DNA of 64,000 nt from Gammaproteobacteria bacterium. Its GTDB lineage: Bacteria > Pseudomonadota > Gammaproteobacteria > UBA1113. A program made the position numbers and the translations under genes. Below the pieces are notes generated by a model. The model was not told the DNA's origin and did no database searches. It saw nothing but the letters and a program-made list of their open reading frames with translations. The stretch covers positions 59,885 to 123,884 of the forward strand of contig JAJFKI010000027.1 of the NCBI GenBank assembly GCA_021773295.1, in the 5' to 3' direction. Shown here piece after piece: positions 50,501 to 62,346 of this stretch (its first letter is position 1; each line of letters starts with the position of its first letter).

Positions 50501-52828
50501 TTAAGCTTCAACGGGTGGTGGTGCTAATACTTCGCGAGAACCATTGTTTTCCATCTGGCTCACCACGCCGGAGGCTTCCATATCTTCAACAATCCTGGCG
50601 GCTCGATTATAACCAATTTTGAAGCGTCGTTGTAGGCTTGATATGGAAACTTTGCGCATTTTTGTCACAAATTCTACGGCTTCATCATATAAACTGTCTT
50701 GTTCACCCTCATTTTCTCCGGCTAATAGAGGATCTTGCGAATCCGTGTCGATATTACCGGATATGACTTCATCCAGGTACTGTGGTTGACCTTGCTTTTT
50801 AAGATTAGCAACCACTTTATGAACTTCATCATCGGCCACAAATGCCCCGTGGACTCGTACTGGGACACCGCTGCCGGGTGGTAGGTATAACATGTCGCCA
50901 TGGCCTAACAAGGTTTCAGCCCCTTGTTGATCGATGATGGTACGTGAATCAACTTTTGAAGAGACTTGAAAGGCAATGCGTGTTGGGATATTCGCCTTAA
51001 TTAAACCGGTAATAACATCTACAGAGGGCCTTTGCGTGGCTAAGATTAAATGAATCCCTGCCGCCCTTGCCTTTTGTGCAATCCGTGCGATGAGTTCTTC
51101 GACTTTTTTCCCTACCACCATCATCATATCGGCAAATTCATCAATCAATACCACGATGAAGGGTAAAGGTTCTAAATAAATAGGTTCATCAGTGGGTAAA
51201 TTCCCTTGCAGTGGATCGCGAATCGGTTGTTTCGCTTTAATAGCATTAGTCACTTTACTATTAAAACCCGCTAAATTTCTAACACCCAAATGTGCCATTA
51301 AACGATAACGTCGATCCATTTCTGCCACACACCAACGCAGTGCATTGGCTGCTTCTTTCATATCAGTCACCACCGGTGCTAGTAAGTGAGGAATGCCTTC
51401 ATAAATGGCTAACTCTAGCATTTTTGGATCAATCATAATCAGCCGTACTTCGTTAGGGCTGGCTTTATACAACAGGCTCAATAGCATGGCATTTAATGAA
51501 ACAGACTTACCCGAGCCTGTTGTACCGGCAACCAGTAAGTGTGGCATTTTGGCAATGTCGACCACGACGGGGTGACCTGCAATATCTTTCCCTAAGGCTA
51601 ATGATAAAGGAGAGCGCGCTTGTTCATAGCGCTGCGATTCTAAGACTTCACGCAGACGAACCACTTCACGGTGTTCATTCGGCAACTCTAAACCAACCAC
51701 AGCCTTACCAGGTATGACTTCTACCACTCGCACACTCACTGTCGATAGTGAACGTGCTAAATCTTTTGCAAGCCCGGTGATTTTACTCACCTTGACACCC
51801 GGCGCTAACTCTAATTCAAAGCGAGTAATCACAGGTCCTGGGTGCACAGCAACCACGCGTGCATCGACACCAAAGTCTAATAAACGACGTTCGACTTCTT
51901 GTGACTGTGCTTCTAAGACAGATTTTGATAATTGACGATCTTTGGCTTGAGTATTTCTATCAAGCAAGGACAAGGTCGGTAGTTGGTGACAGAGATCAAC
52001 ATGATTAAACATCGTCATTTGTCGTTCTGTTTGATCTCTGTCACTCATTTTAATTTGACCGAGCTTAGGTTCAATGCGAGGCTTGGGCGTGGTTTTTTCT
52101 TTCAGAGGTTTGAGTTTGGGCTCAACCCGCATGATTTTAGGTTTAGATTTCTTTTGCAAGGCTTTTTGTTGTTGCTTCTCTTTACGTGCTTGTAGCCACT
52201 CTTTGAAAGTTTGTAAACTGTTTTTAATCGGTGAAAATGATTTTGGCAAGCTTATGGCGACACTCTTAAAGAGTTGCACCCAGGATAATCCACTGAATAA
52301 AGTAATTCCTGTGGCCAAGGTCGCAACGAGTAATAAGGTTGAGCCCACCAGATTAAACGCAAGAATTAATTGTTCTCCCAATACTGCTCCGAGAATGCCA
52401 CCGGCGGTATAAGGTAGGTGATGGGCATGATGCGTCACGTGTAATTCTAAAAGCCCACAGCCCGATAAAATGATTAATAGAAACCCTAAGACTTTTAATA
52501 AGACGATGCCTTGCTGCTTGCTGTAGGCATTACTTTCGCGATAAACCAAGAAAGAACCATAGGCCAACATCACTGGAAACATGTATGCAAAATAACCAAA
52601 TATATAGAGAAAGAAATCTGCAAACCATGCCCCGGCACGTCCACCCACGTTAGCCACCTTGGCCGTCATGCCTGTGCTTGACCAACCTGGGTCGGTGCTG
52701 TGGTAACTTGCCAATGATAATAAAAAGTAAAGACTCACCGCGCAGCACAAAATCATGGCACCTTCGCGAATGCGTTGTGATAGAAAAGAGGTGCTAGCAT
52801 CGTTATTTTGACGTTTTGTGTGTTTCAC
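50501..52828 (-). CDS. ftsK: DNA translocase FtsK
   Basis: N-terminal TMs; [19 protein letters not shown]; gamma domain [13 protein letters not shown]. Confidence 0.97.
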   Translation of the reverse strand: MKHTKRQNNDASTSFLSQRIREGAMILCCAVSLYFLLSLASYHSTDPGWSSTGMTAKVANVGGRAGAWFADFFLYIFGYFAYMFPVMLAYGSFLVYRESNAYSKQQGIVLLKVLGFLLIILSGCGLLELHVTHHAHHLPYTAGGILGAVLGEQLILAFNLVGSTLLLVATLATGITLFSGLSWVQLFKSVAISLPKSFSPIKNSLQTFKEWLQARKEKQQQKALQKKSKPKIMRVEPKLKPLKEKTTPKPRIEPKLGQIKMSDRDQTERQMTMFNHVDLCHQLPTLSLLDRNTQAKDRQLSKSVLEAQSQEVERRLLDFGVDARVVAVHPGPVITRFELELAPGVKVSKITGLAKDLARSLSTVSVRVVEVIPGKAVVGLELPNEHREVVRLREVLESQRYEQARSPLSLALGKDIAGHPVVVDIAKMPHLLVAGTTGSGKSVSLNAMLLSLLYKASPNEVRLIMIDPKMLELAIYEGIPHLLAPVVTDMKEAANALRWCVAEMDRRYRLMAHLGVRNLAGFNSKVTNAIKAKQPIRDPLQGNLPTDEPIYLEPLPFIVVLIDEFADMMMVVGKKVEELIARIAQKARAAGIHLILATQRPSVDVITGLIKANIPTRIAFQVSSKVDSRTIIDQQGAETLLGHGDMLYLPPGSGVPVRVHGAFVADDEVHKVVANLKKQGQPQYLDEVISGNIDTDSQDPLLAGENEGEQDSLYDEAVEFVTKMRKVSISSLQRRFKIGYNRAARIVEDMEASGVVSQMENNGSREVLAPPPVEA

Positions 52829-52904
52829 TGACGTAAATTCCCTATAATTTTCTTTATCGCGTCAAATCAAATTGATACTATAGCACCCTTTACGAAAGAT
52901 TTAG

Positions 52905-54463
<1,559 letters not shown>

Positions 54464-54500
54464 ACAATTTTCTCACTTACCAGGTTAAATGTCATATATT

Positions 54501-55178
54501 TCACCGACTCAATGACGGTGTATCTCGCAGCTCTGCTGATTTATCCATTTTTTGGCGTTGCTCTTCTTGTTGCTCAAACAATTCACGGCTTTTAGCTATA
54601 TCGCCTAATGGGCCAAAGCCATTTTCATTGCCCCAGGCGTTAAGCCCATCCATCGCATCATCTTGTTTCTCTTGAGTCGTTTTGATAGATTCATTAACCC
54701 CTTCTTGTTCTCGTGCTGCCACGCTTTGTGGATCTAAGTAGGTATCAATCACGGTATTTAAAACGGGCTCTAGTGAGTTATTATAATTTTTATCGACATC
54801 ATTACTAAGATCCTCATCAACATCAGGATCATCTTTTGAGAGCGTGTCTTTAATGGTTCGAAATAGGTTGGTGGCTCTGCCTGAAGGTGAGTCAAAACTT
54901 TCTTCAATGGTGTCCTCAATGGTATAGCCTGCTTCTTCATCCATTTCCATTTCCTCAATATAGTCAGGATCAGGCGCTATCTCCATTTCCTCCGTGTTGA
55001 CAGCATCCGGTCTTGGCTCTGGCTCTGTTGCTTGGAAAGCACTATTTGCATAGTCGTTTAACTGTTCAGCCATATCATTGATCGTCTTCGTATCACCGCG
55101 CTCATAGAGAATCTGCATCGCAGCATCAGCATTTGATAATACATCATTGGATAATTTGCTTAAATCTACAGTAGACAT
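54501..55178 (-). CDS. Orphan highly acidic protein
   Basis: 225-aa D/E-rich ORF with repeated EEME; GAGG RBS. Confidence 0.7.
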   Translation of the reverse strand: MSTVDLSKLSNDVLSNADAAMQILYERGDTKTINDMAEQLNDYANSAFQATEPEPRPDAVNTEEMEIAPDPDYIEEMEMDEEAGYTIEDTIEESFDSPSGRATNLFRTIKDTLSKDDPDVDEDLSNDVDKNYNNSLEPVLNTVIDTYLDPQSVAAREQEGVNESIKTTQEKQDDAMDGLNAWGNENGFGPLGDIAKSRELFEQQEEQRQKMDKSAELRDTPSLSR

Positions 55179-55348
55179 AGGGGCTGTGCCTCAATCGTTT
55201 ATATCTATTAAAGAGTGTAGATTATAAATATTAAGAAAATATTTACAATCTGGATTCAGTTAAGACAGCCTTAATCAAAGATTATTATTGACGAAAGACC
55301 ACATTTTACGGCATTATTCACACTTTCTACAAAGAAGATGGGAACCAA

Positions 55349-55609
55349 ATGGCGAAAGAAGATCAATTACAGATGGATGGCACGGTCACAGAGACCTTGC
55401 CGAATACGATGTTTCGGGTGGAATTAGACAATGGCCACGTGATTACAGCCCATATTTCGGGCAAAATGCGTAAAAATTATATCCGTATTTTGACGGGAGA
55501 CCGGGTCACAGTGGAAATGACGCCTTATGATCTCAGCAAAGGCCGCATTATTTTTAGAAATAAGGATAAAAAGGCTCCTGCGCCCGCTGATGCGGAGAAA
55601 AGTGAGTAG
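55349..55609 (+). CDS. infA: Translation initiation factor IF-1 with short C-terminal extension
   Basis: [30 protein letters not shown] and PYDLSKGRI motifs. Confidence 0.97.
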   Translation: MAKEDQLQMDGTVTETLPNTMFRVELDNGHVITAHISGKMRKNYIRILTGDRVTVEMTPYDLSKGRIIFRNKDKKAPAPADAEKSE

Positions 55610-55622
55610 TTTTAGGTCGTGT

Positions 55623-55883
55623 TTAGTTTTTATCGGATAAATACTTCTTATAATCCACAGTGCTAATTTTTTTACTTTTCATGATGCCCCGTAGCGATTT
55701 GGCTATTGGTGTAATAGTCTCTACCTCATCTATTACAGCGCTTCTTCTACTTGTGGGACTTTCCTCCAATGTTTCTATGTACTCAGCAATAATTTCTGAA
55801 ATCGTCATTCCACGAGATTTAGCATATCGTTTTGCTTTAAGTATTAATTTTTCATCAAGGCTTAAGGTAAGTTTAGCTTTCAT
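55623..55883 (-). CDS. Ribbon-helix-helix antitoxin-like protein (DUF6364-like)
   Basis: MKAKLTLSLD...AK.YA...G..IS.II..Y, ITP..KSL.G and YL..K motifs. Confidence 0.75.
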   Translation of the reverse strand: MKAKLTLSLDEKLILKAKRYAKSRGMTISEIIAEYIETLEESPTSRRSAVIDEVETITPIAKSLRGIMKSKKISTVDYKKYLSDKN

Positions 55884-55954
55884 CACTATATTCCAGGTAT
55901 ACACATTTTTAAAAATGATACGTCAAAATTTTAATTCTGTAAGCAGTTATTTAC

Positions 55955-56806
55955 TTAAATCGCCTCAATTCTTGTCCCTAGGCTTTCATCCACCGCTAAA
56001 TAGTGCTGTGAGGGGATTTCATGCCATTCGGCGACATAGCTAGTAAGTTTTTCAGAAACCACTAATACGGCTTGGTTAGGTCCATCACTTGGCACCATGT
56101 GGCAGGCACCCTCTTTGTAGAGATATTCTTGCCCTGCGGAATAGTAGAGTGAGCGTGAGGCTAATTCAGGATGCGAGACATAGCGAAATGCTAGTAAACG
56201 TTTGCCATCAGATAGCACAGCATTGACATAATCCGGCTCATCGATGCCGTTTTTTTCCTTGATGAATTGTAAGTGTTTAATGGTTTCTATGAAGGCACTG
56301 GCGGCATCACGCGTATTGAAGTTCACATTTTCTTTGAGACAATGATGAATGAATAAGGCAAACATATGTTCTGAGTCGGTTTGCCCCATAATCCAATTGT
56401 AGGCTTCATCACACAACTCTCGGCGCACATCACGTTTGATTTTGTTAAAGCCATAAATAGTGCCATTATGCATAAATAAATTATTTTTATAGGAAAATGG
56501 ATGGCAATTGTAATGCGTGACGGTACCCACATTTGCCGCCCGAATATGGGCAAACATACAGTCTGTTTTGATTTTAGGCGTAATAGTCATAAAGTTAGGC
56601 TCATTCCACGCCGGACGCACAGAGCGAAATAAAGCTGGCTTATCATCGATATCTTGGACGTACCAGCCAAGACCTACCCCATCACCGTTTAAAGGATGAG
56701 ACGTCTCTAAGGCGTGAATACTCTGATGAATCAAGGAGTTCTTGGGCTTTATTAAGATGTCGTCTAAGACGATGGGGTGGCCTCGGTAGGCGATGAAGCG
56801 GCACAT
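55955..56806 (-). CDS. Class II glutamine amidotransferase (YafJ/EgtC/Dug3-like)
   Basis: N-terminal MCRF (Ntn Cys) at 56806 after GAGGAG; NGDG, AHIRAA, NCHPF, MHNG and TDSE motifs. Confidence 0.92.
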   Translation of the reverse strand: MCRFIAYRGHPIVLDDILIKPKNSLIHQSIHALETSHPLNGDGVGLGWYVQDIDDKPALFRSVRPAWNEPNFMTITPKIKTDCMFAHIRAANVGTVTHYNCHPFSYKNNLFMHNGTIYGFNKIKRDVRRELCDEAYNWIMGQTDSEHMFALFIHHCLKENVNFNTRDAASAFIETIKHLQFIKEKNGIDEPDYVNAVLSDGKRLLAFRYVSHPELASRSLYYSAGQEYLYKEGACHMVPSDGPNQAVLVVSEKLTSYVAEWHEIPSQHYLAVDESLGTRIEAI

Positions 56807-56923
56807 AGGGGGCTCCTCTTTATCTGGTATTTTTAGAAAGTATAGCTTGGTGTATCCAAACTTGCTCACGATTACCATATCTAGGATAATGTCGCACTTA
56901 ACTTAATAGGTTAGCAACACACT

Positions 56924-57757
56924 ATGTTCGACACCATCCAAAAATTTATCTTTGAACACTACGGCATTCGCGGTGAACTCGTGCGGCTGCATCAGTCTTA
57001 TTTGAATATACTCAATTGCCGCCCCTATCCTGAACCCGTGCAAGAAAAACTCGGCAAGTTATTAGCAGCGTCTGCATTACTCAGTGGGACGATTAAGTAT
57101 AAAGGCTCTTTGATCATACAAACGCAAACGGATGGTAGCATTAAGCAATTAGTGGCGCAGTGTGATGATGCTTATCATATTCGTGGCTTGGCGCTATGGG
57201 ATGAAGCAGCAAAAACACTTGATTTAGGTAATGGACAATTAGTCATTACAATATTGCCTGAACGTGCTAAGGATCGTTACCAAGGCGTGGTCCCCTTACA
57301 GCAACTACCCTTAAATGAGAGCATTGAACAATACTTCGAACAATCCGAGCAGTTATTAACACGGCTGTGGTTGTTTGCCAATCAACAGTATGCAACGGGA
57401 TTACTGTTACAAAAAATGCCAGAAAGCTCAGCACAAGAATATCCTCAATGGGAAACGGTTATCACACTGGCAGAAACCATTACTGCCGATGAATTAATTC
57501 GTTTAGATAATGAAACTATTTTACATCGCTTGTTTCATGAAGAAGATGTGCGGCTCTTTCGTTCGAACCCTGTGAGCTTTCAGTGTGGGTGTTCGATTGG
57601 CAAGATGGAACAAGCCTTGGTGAACCTGGGTTATGAAGATGCACAAGCATTATTGAAAACCCATAAAAAAGTCAGTGTGAACTGTGAATTTTGCAATCGT
57701 TGTTATGAATTTGATAAGGTAGATGTGGAGCGGATTTTTTTAAACAGTCATACTTAA
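56924..57757 (+). CDS. hslO: Hsp33 redox-regulated chaperone
   Basis: YQG.V, YFEQSEQL and CGC...CEFC zinc motif. Confidence 0.95.
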   Translation: MFDTIQKFIFEHYGIRGELVRLHQSYLNILNCRPYPEPVQEKLGKLLAASALLSGTIKYKGSLIIQTQTDGSIKQLVAQCDDAYHIRGLALWDEAAKTLDLGNGQLVITILPERAKDRYQGVVPLQQLPLNESIEQYFEQSEQLLTRLWLFANQQYATGLLLQKMPESSAQEYPQWETVITLAETITADELIRLDNETILHRLFHEEDVRLFRSNPVSFQCGCSIGKMEQALVNLGYEDAQALLKTHKKVSVNCEFCNRCYEFDKVDVERIFLNSHT

Positions 57758-57774
57758 ACAAAAGGAGTTAGGCT

Positions 57775-59253
57775 TTGCGTCTTAAAGCAGTTGTTAATTA
57801 TTTCCCCTTGGTTTGTATAAGCTTATTTTTCTTTTTGTCTTTGAACTATTATTTAGCGTTGAAACTCTTGCCTGGCTATACCACTTACGATATTAAACGA
57901 ATCTTTGAAATCGGCATGTTGTGCCTGATAGCACTTTATATTATCTTTTCTAAAGAACAGACTGAGCGCTGGCTGGCTGCGTTTCGATTGATCCCGGCAA
58001 TAGCACGCTGGGCACTACTGGGTATTATGAGCTGTGGTTTAGTCTCTAGTTATTTAGCACCAATGACCATGATGGCCTTAGTGGAATTGTTAACTGTTTT
58101 ATTATTATTTGTGTTTGCAATCTTTATAGCAGCTAACTTCTTATATCAGCCAGAACGTTATCAACGTGCTTTATTGGCGATTTTATACCTTGCCACGCTT
58201 ACCTTTACTGCGGTTTTTTTTGTGGTATTAGCCAATCATCAGTGGCGACTTTATGGCGGCTTTCCTGGCTTTGTTAACATTCGTTTTTTTTCACAGTTTC
58301 AAGTTTGGCTGTTGCCCTTATTGTCATTGCCCTTATTGCAAAAAAGCTATCATAAAGCCTGGTGGGTAATTGGCGGATTATTAAGTGGTCTTTGGTGGAT
58401 GTTTGTTTATGCCAGCAATGCAAAAGGCATGTGGGTGGCACTCATAATTACTGCCCTGCTGATGTTAGTGATGTTCCGTCGGCGATGTATTAAATGGCTC
58501 AGCCTTCAAATTATACTTGCTCTGTTCGCTGGCTTAGTCTATTTCATCTTAGTTCACTGGCTACCGTCCTTGTTAGCTGAGCCCACTGCAGCTAGCACCG
58601 CAGCCACAACCGCTCACAGTAGTTATTTTTCACAGACATTGACTCAAAGCTCTGAGCCCAGACTCTATCTTTGGTACCAAGCGATTAAACTCTTTATGAG
58701 CCACCCTCTTTTTGGCGTCGGCCCGTTGCATTATGCTTATTATCCTAACCAGTATGCTGCGCATCCTCACAATAGTATCTTATTGTTTTTGAGCGAATGG
58801 GGAGTAATAGCCACCCTGCTGTTAATGATTTGTGGTATTTGGGCTGCTTTTGCTTGGTTTAAACGTTTTAATATTGCCGCGATGGCGAGACTAGATATCA
58901 GTAAAAAGTATTGGATTTTAGCATTAACCGCGGCCTTGCTTGCGGGGCTTAGTTATTCGCTTGTGAGTGGCGTATTTGTGACGCCAATGAGTCAAGTTAT
59001 GTTTGTTGTGGTAGCTGGAATTGCCTTTGCAAAATACCATGGAAAGGCTACGAGTTTAAGCGTTAAAGCTAGTTGGCAATCGCACTGCGCGTTTATCGGC
59101 ATTGTGATTGTGGCCTTAGTGTTACAAATTGGTATTAATGCCCCGATTGTTAAAACCTTACCTCAAGACGAACTAAAGTGGCTTGCAAAGTCGAACTTTG
59201 AAGCCACTTTAATGCCGCGCTTTTGGATCCAAGGGCGAATTGGTGTGGATTAA
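57775..59253 (+). CDS. O-antigen ligase / O-oligosaccharyltransferase family (Wzy_C) membrane protein
   Basis: About 12 TMs; F.NIRFF.Q, R..LW..A, P.FGVG and HPHN motifs; C-terminal PRFW. Confidence 0.85.
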   Translation: MRLKAVVNYFPLVCISLFFFLSLNYYLALKLLPGYTTYDIKRIFEIGMLCLIALYIIFSKEQTERWLAAFRLIPAIARWALLGIMSCGLVSSYLAPMTMMALVELLTVLLLFVFAIFIAANFLYQPERYQRALLAILYLATLTFTAVFFVVLANHQWRLYGGFPGFVNIRFFSQFQVWLLPLLSLPLLQKSYHKAWWVIGGLLSGLWWMFVYASNAKGMWVALIITALLMLVMFRRRCIKWLSLQIILALFAGLVYFILVHWLPSLLAEPTAASTAATTAHSSYFSQTLTQSSEPRLYLWYQAIKLFMSHPLFGVGPLHYAYYPNQYAAHPHNSILLFLSEWGVIATLLLMICGIWAAFAWFKRFNIAAMARLDISKKYWILALTAALLAGLSYSLVSGVFVTPMSQVMFVVVAGIAFAKYHGKATSLSVKASWQSHCAFIGIVIVALVLQIGINAPIVKTLPQDELKWLAKSNFEATLMPRFWIQGRIGVD

Positions 59254-59648
59254 GAGCCTATTTTTACCTCTAGCTGAGTAGTTGATGGACCACCTAAGGT
59301 AGCGCACTCCGCTCGACCAACATTTGCTACTCTAATATTCGTGACCCCAGGGCTTGCCATTTCGAACATAAACGTGCATTTATTCAGACCTTGCTCATCT
59401 TGCTCATAAGTAACCTTGGTACCATCTTTTGTTGGCATCGTATAAGTCATGCCCATCTGCCCAGGTGCCAGTGTTTCCGGGAAGCTTGATGTGTCGCCAG
59501 AAGTGTCTGAACCTGATGATTTTGTTACAGTAACTTGCCCAGTATTGCTAATTGATGGCACATCAGTTGCTACAGCAAAGGCAGCATAACTTGCAGTTAA
59601 TCCAACAATAGCAGTCGAAATCAGTAATCCACGTATTTTTGGTTTCAT
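59250..59648 (-). CDS. Small secreted S/T-rich protein with two Cys
   Basis: Sec signal (MKPKIR..AAFA); 4-nt convergent overlap with the ligase gene. Confidence 0.7.
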   Translation of the reverse strand: MKPKIRGLLISTAIVGLTASYAAFAVATDVPSISNTGQVTVTKSSGSDTSGDTSSFPETLAPGQMGMTYTMPTKDGTKVTYEQDEQGLNKCTFMFEMASPGVTNIRVANVGRAECATLGGPSTTQLEVKIGS

Positions 59649-59748
59649 AGTAGCCCCCAATTTATTTGTCTATAACTGTTATTCCTATGGCATATTCGAC
59701 ATATGCCATTTGAGTAAAGTATAGCCAAGGTGGAGTGTAAGGCAATGT

Positions 59749-60891
59749 TTAAACAGCTATAGGTATGTCTTTTTGAGAATTATTCTGGTATGTATAAATG
59801 AATTTACAGATGAGCTCTGTTATCTTAGCGGCACTATCACCACTACCATAGGGCTTAGCGGTTGTGCTAGGGGGATTAGCGTTTAGCTGTTTTACTAATG
59901 CTTTTACGATGCTATTAGCATTATCAGGCTTAACTAGCGTATTCCAACCTAATTCAACTAATTCCAGCCATTCGGTTTCGTCTCGTAAGGTCACACAAGG
60001 CGTTTCATGAAAAAATGCTTCTTTTTGCACGCCTCCTGAGTCCGTCACGATTAATTGGGCTTGTTTTTCCAATTGCAGCATATCGAGAAACCCTAAGGGC
60101 TCAAGGATGGTGAGTTGTTGTAATACTTGATCCAGCAAGCCCGATTTATCAAGTGCATGGCGAGTTCTAGGGTGTAGTGGTAAGACAACGGGGAAATCCT
60201 TTGCGACTTGCATTAATCCATTGAAAATAGCACTTAAGCGATTGGTATCATCGGTATTTTCTGCACGATGAATGGTTGTTAAGAGATAGGGTTTATCTTT
60301 TAATCCTAATGTGTTGAGTATGTTGGATACTTTCTCTGCTTTTTGCCCGAAATAAAGAGCTACGTCATACATAACATCACCCACTAAATGTACCTTATCG
60401 GCGGATGTACCCTCTTGCATCAGGTTGTCCACGGCTGTCTGTGTGGGGGCGAATAGCAGGCTGCTAAGCCTGTCAGAAACGATACGGTTAATTTCCTCTG
60501 GCATTTTCATATTAAATGAGCGTAAGCCTGCTTCGACGTGGAAAACCGGGATATGTAATTTACTGGCGGCAATCGCACCAGCTAACGTTGAATTGGTATC
60601 GCCGTATATCAAAACTGCCTTAGGCTTTTCTTTTAAGAGTACTTGTTCGATGGCTGTTAGCATTTGGCCTGTTTGTGCACCATGGGAGGATGAGCCGATT
60701 TCAAGGTTATAACTGGGTGGTGCCATTTCTAGCTCATCAAAGAAGACCTCAGACATATTGGCATCATAATGCTGGCCTGTGTGAACGACGATTTCCTTGA
60801 GTTCTGTCATTTGCTGAATTTGGCGAGAGACAATAGCCGCTTTCACAAATTGCGGCCTGGCGCCAATGATGGTGACAATGTTTTTTTGCAT
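59749..60891 (-). CDS. wecB: UDP-N-acetylglucosamine 2-epimerase (non-hydrolysing; WecB/WbpI-like)
   Basis: GARPQFVK, HTGQHYD, GDTNST, HVEAGLRS, PEEINR and DSGGVQKEA motifs. Confidence 0.95.
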   Translation of the reverse strand: MQKNIVTIIGARPQFVKAAIVSRQIQQMTELKEIVVHTGQHYDANMSEVFFDELEMAPPSYNLEIGSSSHGAQTGQMLTAIEQVLLKEKPKAVLIYGDTNSTLAGAIAASKLHIPVFHVEAGLRSFNMKMPEEINRIVSDRLSSLLFAPTQTAVDNLMQEGTSADKVHLVGDVMYDVALYFGQKAEKVSNILNTLGLKDKPYLLTTIHRAENTDDTNRLSAIFNGLMQVAKDFPVVLPLHPRTRHALDKSGLLDQVLQQLTILEPLGFLDMLQLEKQAQLIVTDSGGVQKEAFFHETPCVTLRDETEWLELVELGWNTLVKPDNANSIVKALVKQLNANPPSTTAKPYGSGDSAAKITELICKFIYTYQNNSQKDIPIAV

Positions 60892-61007
60892 AGTGTGCCC
60901 TGTTTTAAATCGTCTATGAGCGCTGATTATACATCATTTTGGCAGCGTGGTAATGTCTGATATAATGTCGACTTTCTGATTGAAGGCTAGTTAAATTTTA
61001 AACACCT

Positions 61008-62342
61008 ATGAACCACGATAAGAAGTACAATATCCTGTTATTAGCGGACTTGGGACACCATACCGGTTGTTTGGCCGATCATATTAGGGCCATCACCGAG
61101 CACTCTCCCCATCACTGGTACGTTGAAAATAGCCTGACCTGTAAAGTGCTGCATAAACTAGATTTAAACATGTTCGACGCCATTGGCTTCCATTATTCGA
61201 TTCGTCCTCACCATTATTATTACTTACCGAAACAACTTTATCGGAAAATTAAGGCATTTAACGGGCTTAAGTTTTTGTTTTTGCAAGATGAGTATCGGGA
61301 TGTAAGCACCGTTGAAGATTGTATTTTGGATCTTGGAATCAAGTTATTTTTCACCTTGGTGCGTGAAGAAAACATAGCCAAAGCCTATCCTCGGCTGAGT
61401 GGTGTAACCATGGTACCAATATTAACAGGCTATGTGCCTGATGAGTTATGTAACCTCGATGCGCCACCGATAAAAGATCGTAGCCTTGATATTTTTTACC
61501 GTAGCCGTGTCAATGAATACTGGCTAGGAGAATTGGCGCAGGACAAAGTCACTATTGCCGAAGGATTTGAAAAAATCGCGCCTAAGCATAATTTGAAAAT
61601 TGATGTCAGCGTTCGAGAGGAAGATAGAATTTATGGCAAGGCATGGTTTGAAAAGCTGGCTTCGGCTAGAGCCGTGCTTGCAACAGAAAGCGGCGCTAGT
61701 ATTTGGGATTATGATGGTAGTATTGAGCGTCTCACAAGAAAATATTTGCATAAGCATCCACGTGCTAGTTTTAAAGAGACTCGGGAGGCAGTGTTACAAC
61801 CCTATGAAGCCAATATTGTGTGCTCAGCACTTTCACCGAGAATATTCGAGGCGGCGGCGTTAAGAACGCCATTGATTATGTTTCCGGGCTATTATAATGG
61901 TATTTGCCAAGAGGATATCCATTATCTTAAATTAGAAAAAGATTTTTCTAATATTGACGATATAATTGTTAAATTAAAAGATGATAGCTACTTAACTAAA
62001 ATTACAACACGTGCATATGATGACTTAATTGCATCTAAACAGTACGCTCAACATAAGCTCTCAGCGATTGTTGCCTACAATATTGATGCTAACATCTATG
62101 ATCAAGAAAATCGCATGTTTTATAGTAGTGAAGAAACAGCAAGAAATTTGCATAAAATAAAGCGAAAATTCTATTTTTTAAGTCTTTTCTATGTTGCAAG
62201 CGTTGAAGTTAAATTTATTGCGCACAATGCCTTTAAATTAGTATTTGATAAACGATACTCTGCAAAAAGTAAGGTATTAATGCTATTTAAAGGTGCGCAT
62301 AGATACTTGGCATACCTAATACCTAGGTACTTTGAGAGATAG
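61008..62342 (+). CDS. Putative GT-B glycosyltransferase (CgeB-like C-terminus), paralog 1
   Basis: FLQDEYR, EEDRIYGKAW, ATESGAS and SPRIFEAAAL motifs; polysaccharide-locus context. Confidence 0.65.
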   Translation: MNHDKKYNILLLADLGHHTGCLADHIRAITEHSPHHWYVENSLTCKVLHKLDLNMFDAIGFHYSIRPHHYYYLPKQLYRKIKAFNGLKFLFLQDEYRDVSTVEDCILDLGIKLFFTLVREENIAKAYPRLSGVTMVPILTGYVPDELCNLDAPPIKDRSLDIFYRSRVNEYWLGELAQDKVTIAEGFEKIAPKHNLKIDVSVREEDRIYGKAWFEKLASARAVLATESGASIWDYDGSIERLTRKYLHKHPRASFKETREAVLQPYEANIVCSALSPRIFEAAALRTPLIMFPGYYNGICQEDIHYLKLEKDFSNIDDIIVKLKDDSYLTKITTRAYDDLIASKQYAQHKLSAIVAYNIDANIYDQENRMFYSSEETARNLHKIKRKFYFLSLFYVASVEVKFIAHNAFKLVFDKRYSAKSKVLMLFKGAHRYLAYLIPRYFER

Positions 62343-62346
62343 CCTG

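Noticed and set aside
55560-55609. C-terminal extension of IF-1
   Set aside because: Short low-complexity tails on IF-1 are not rare; no motif suggests a new function
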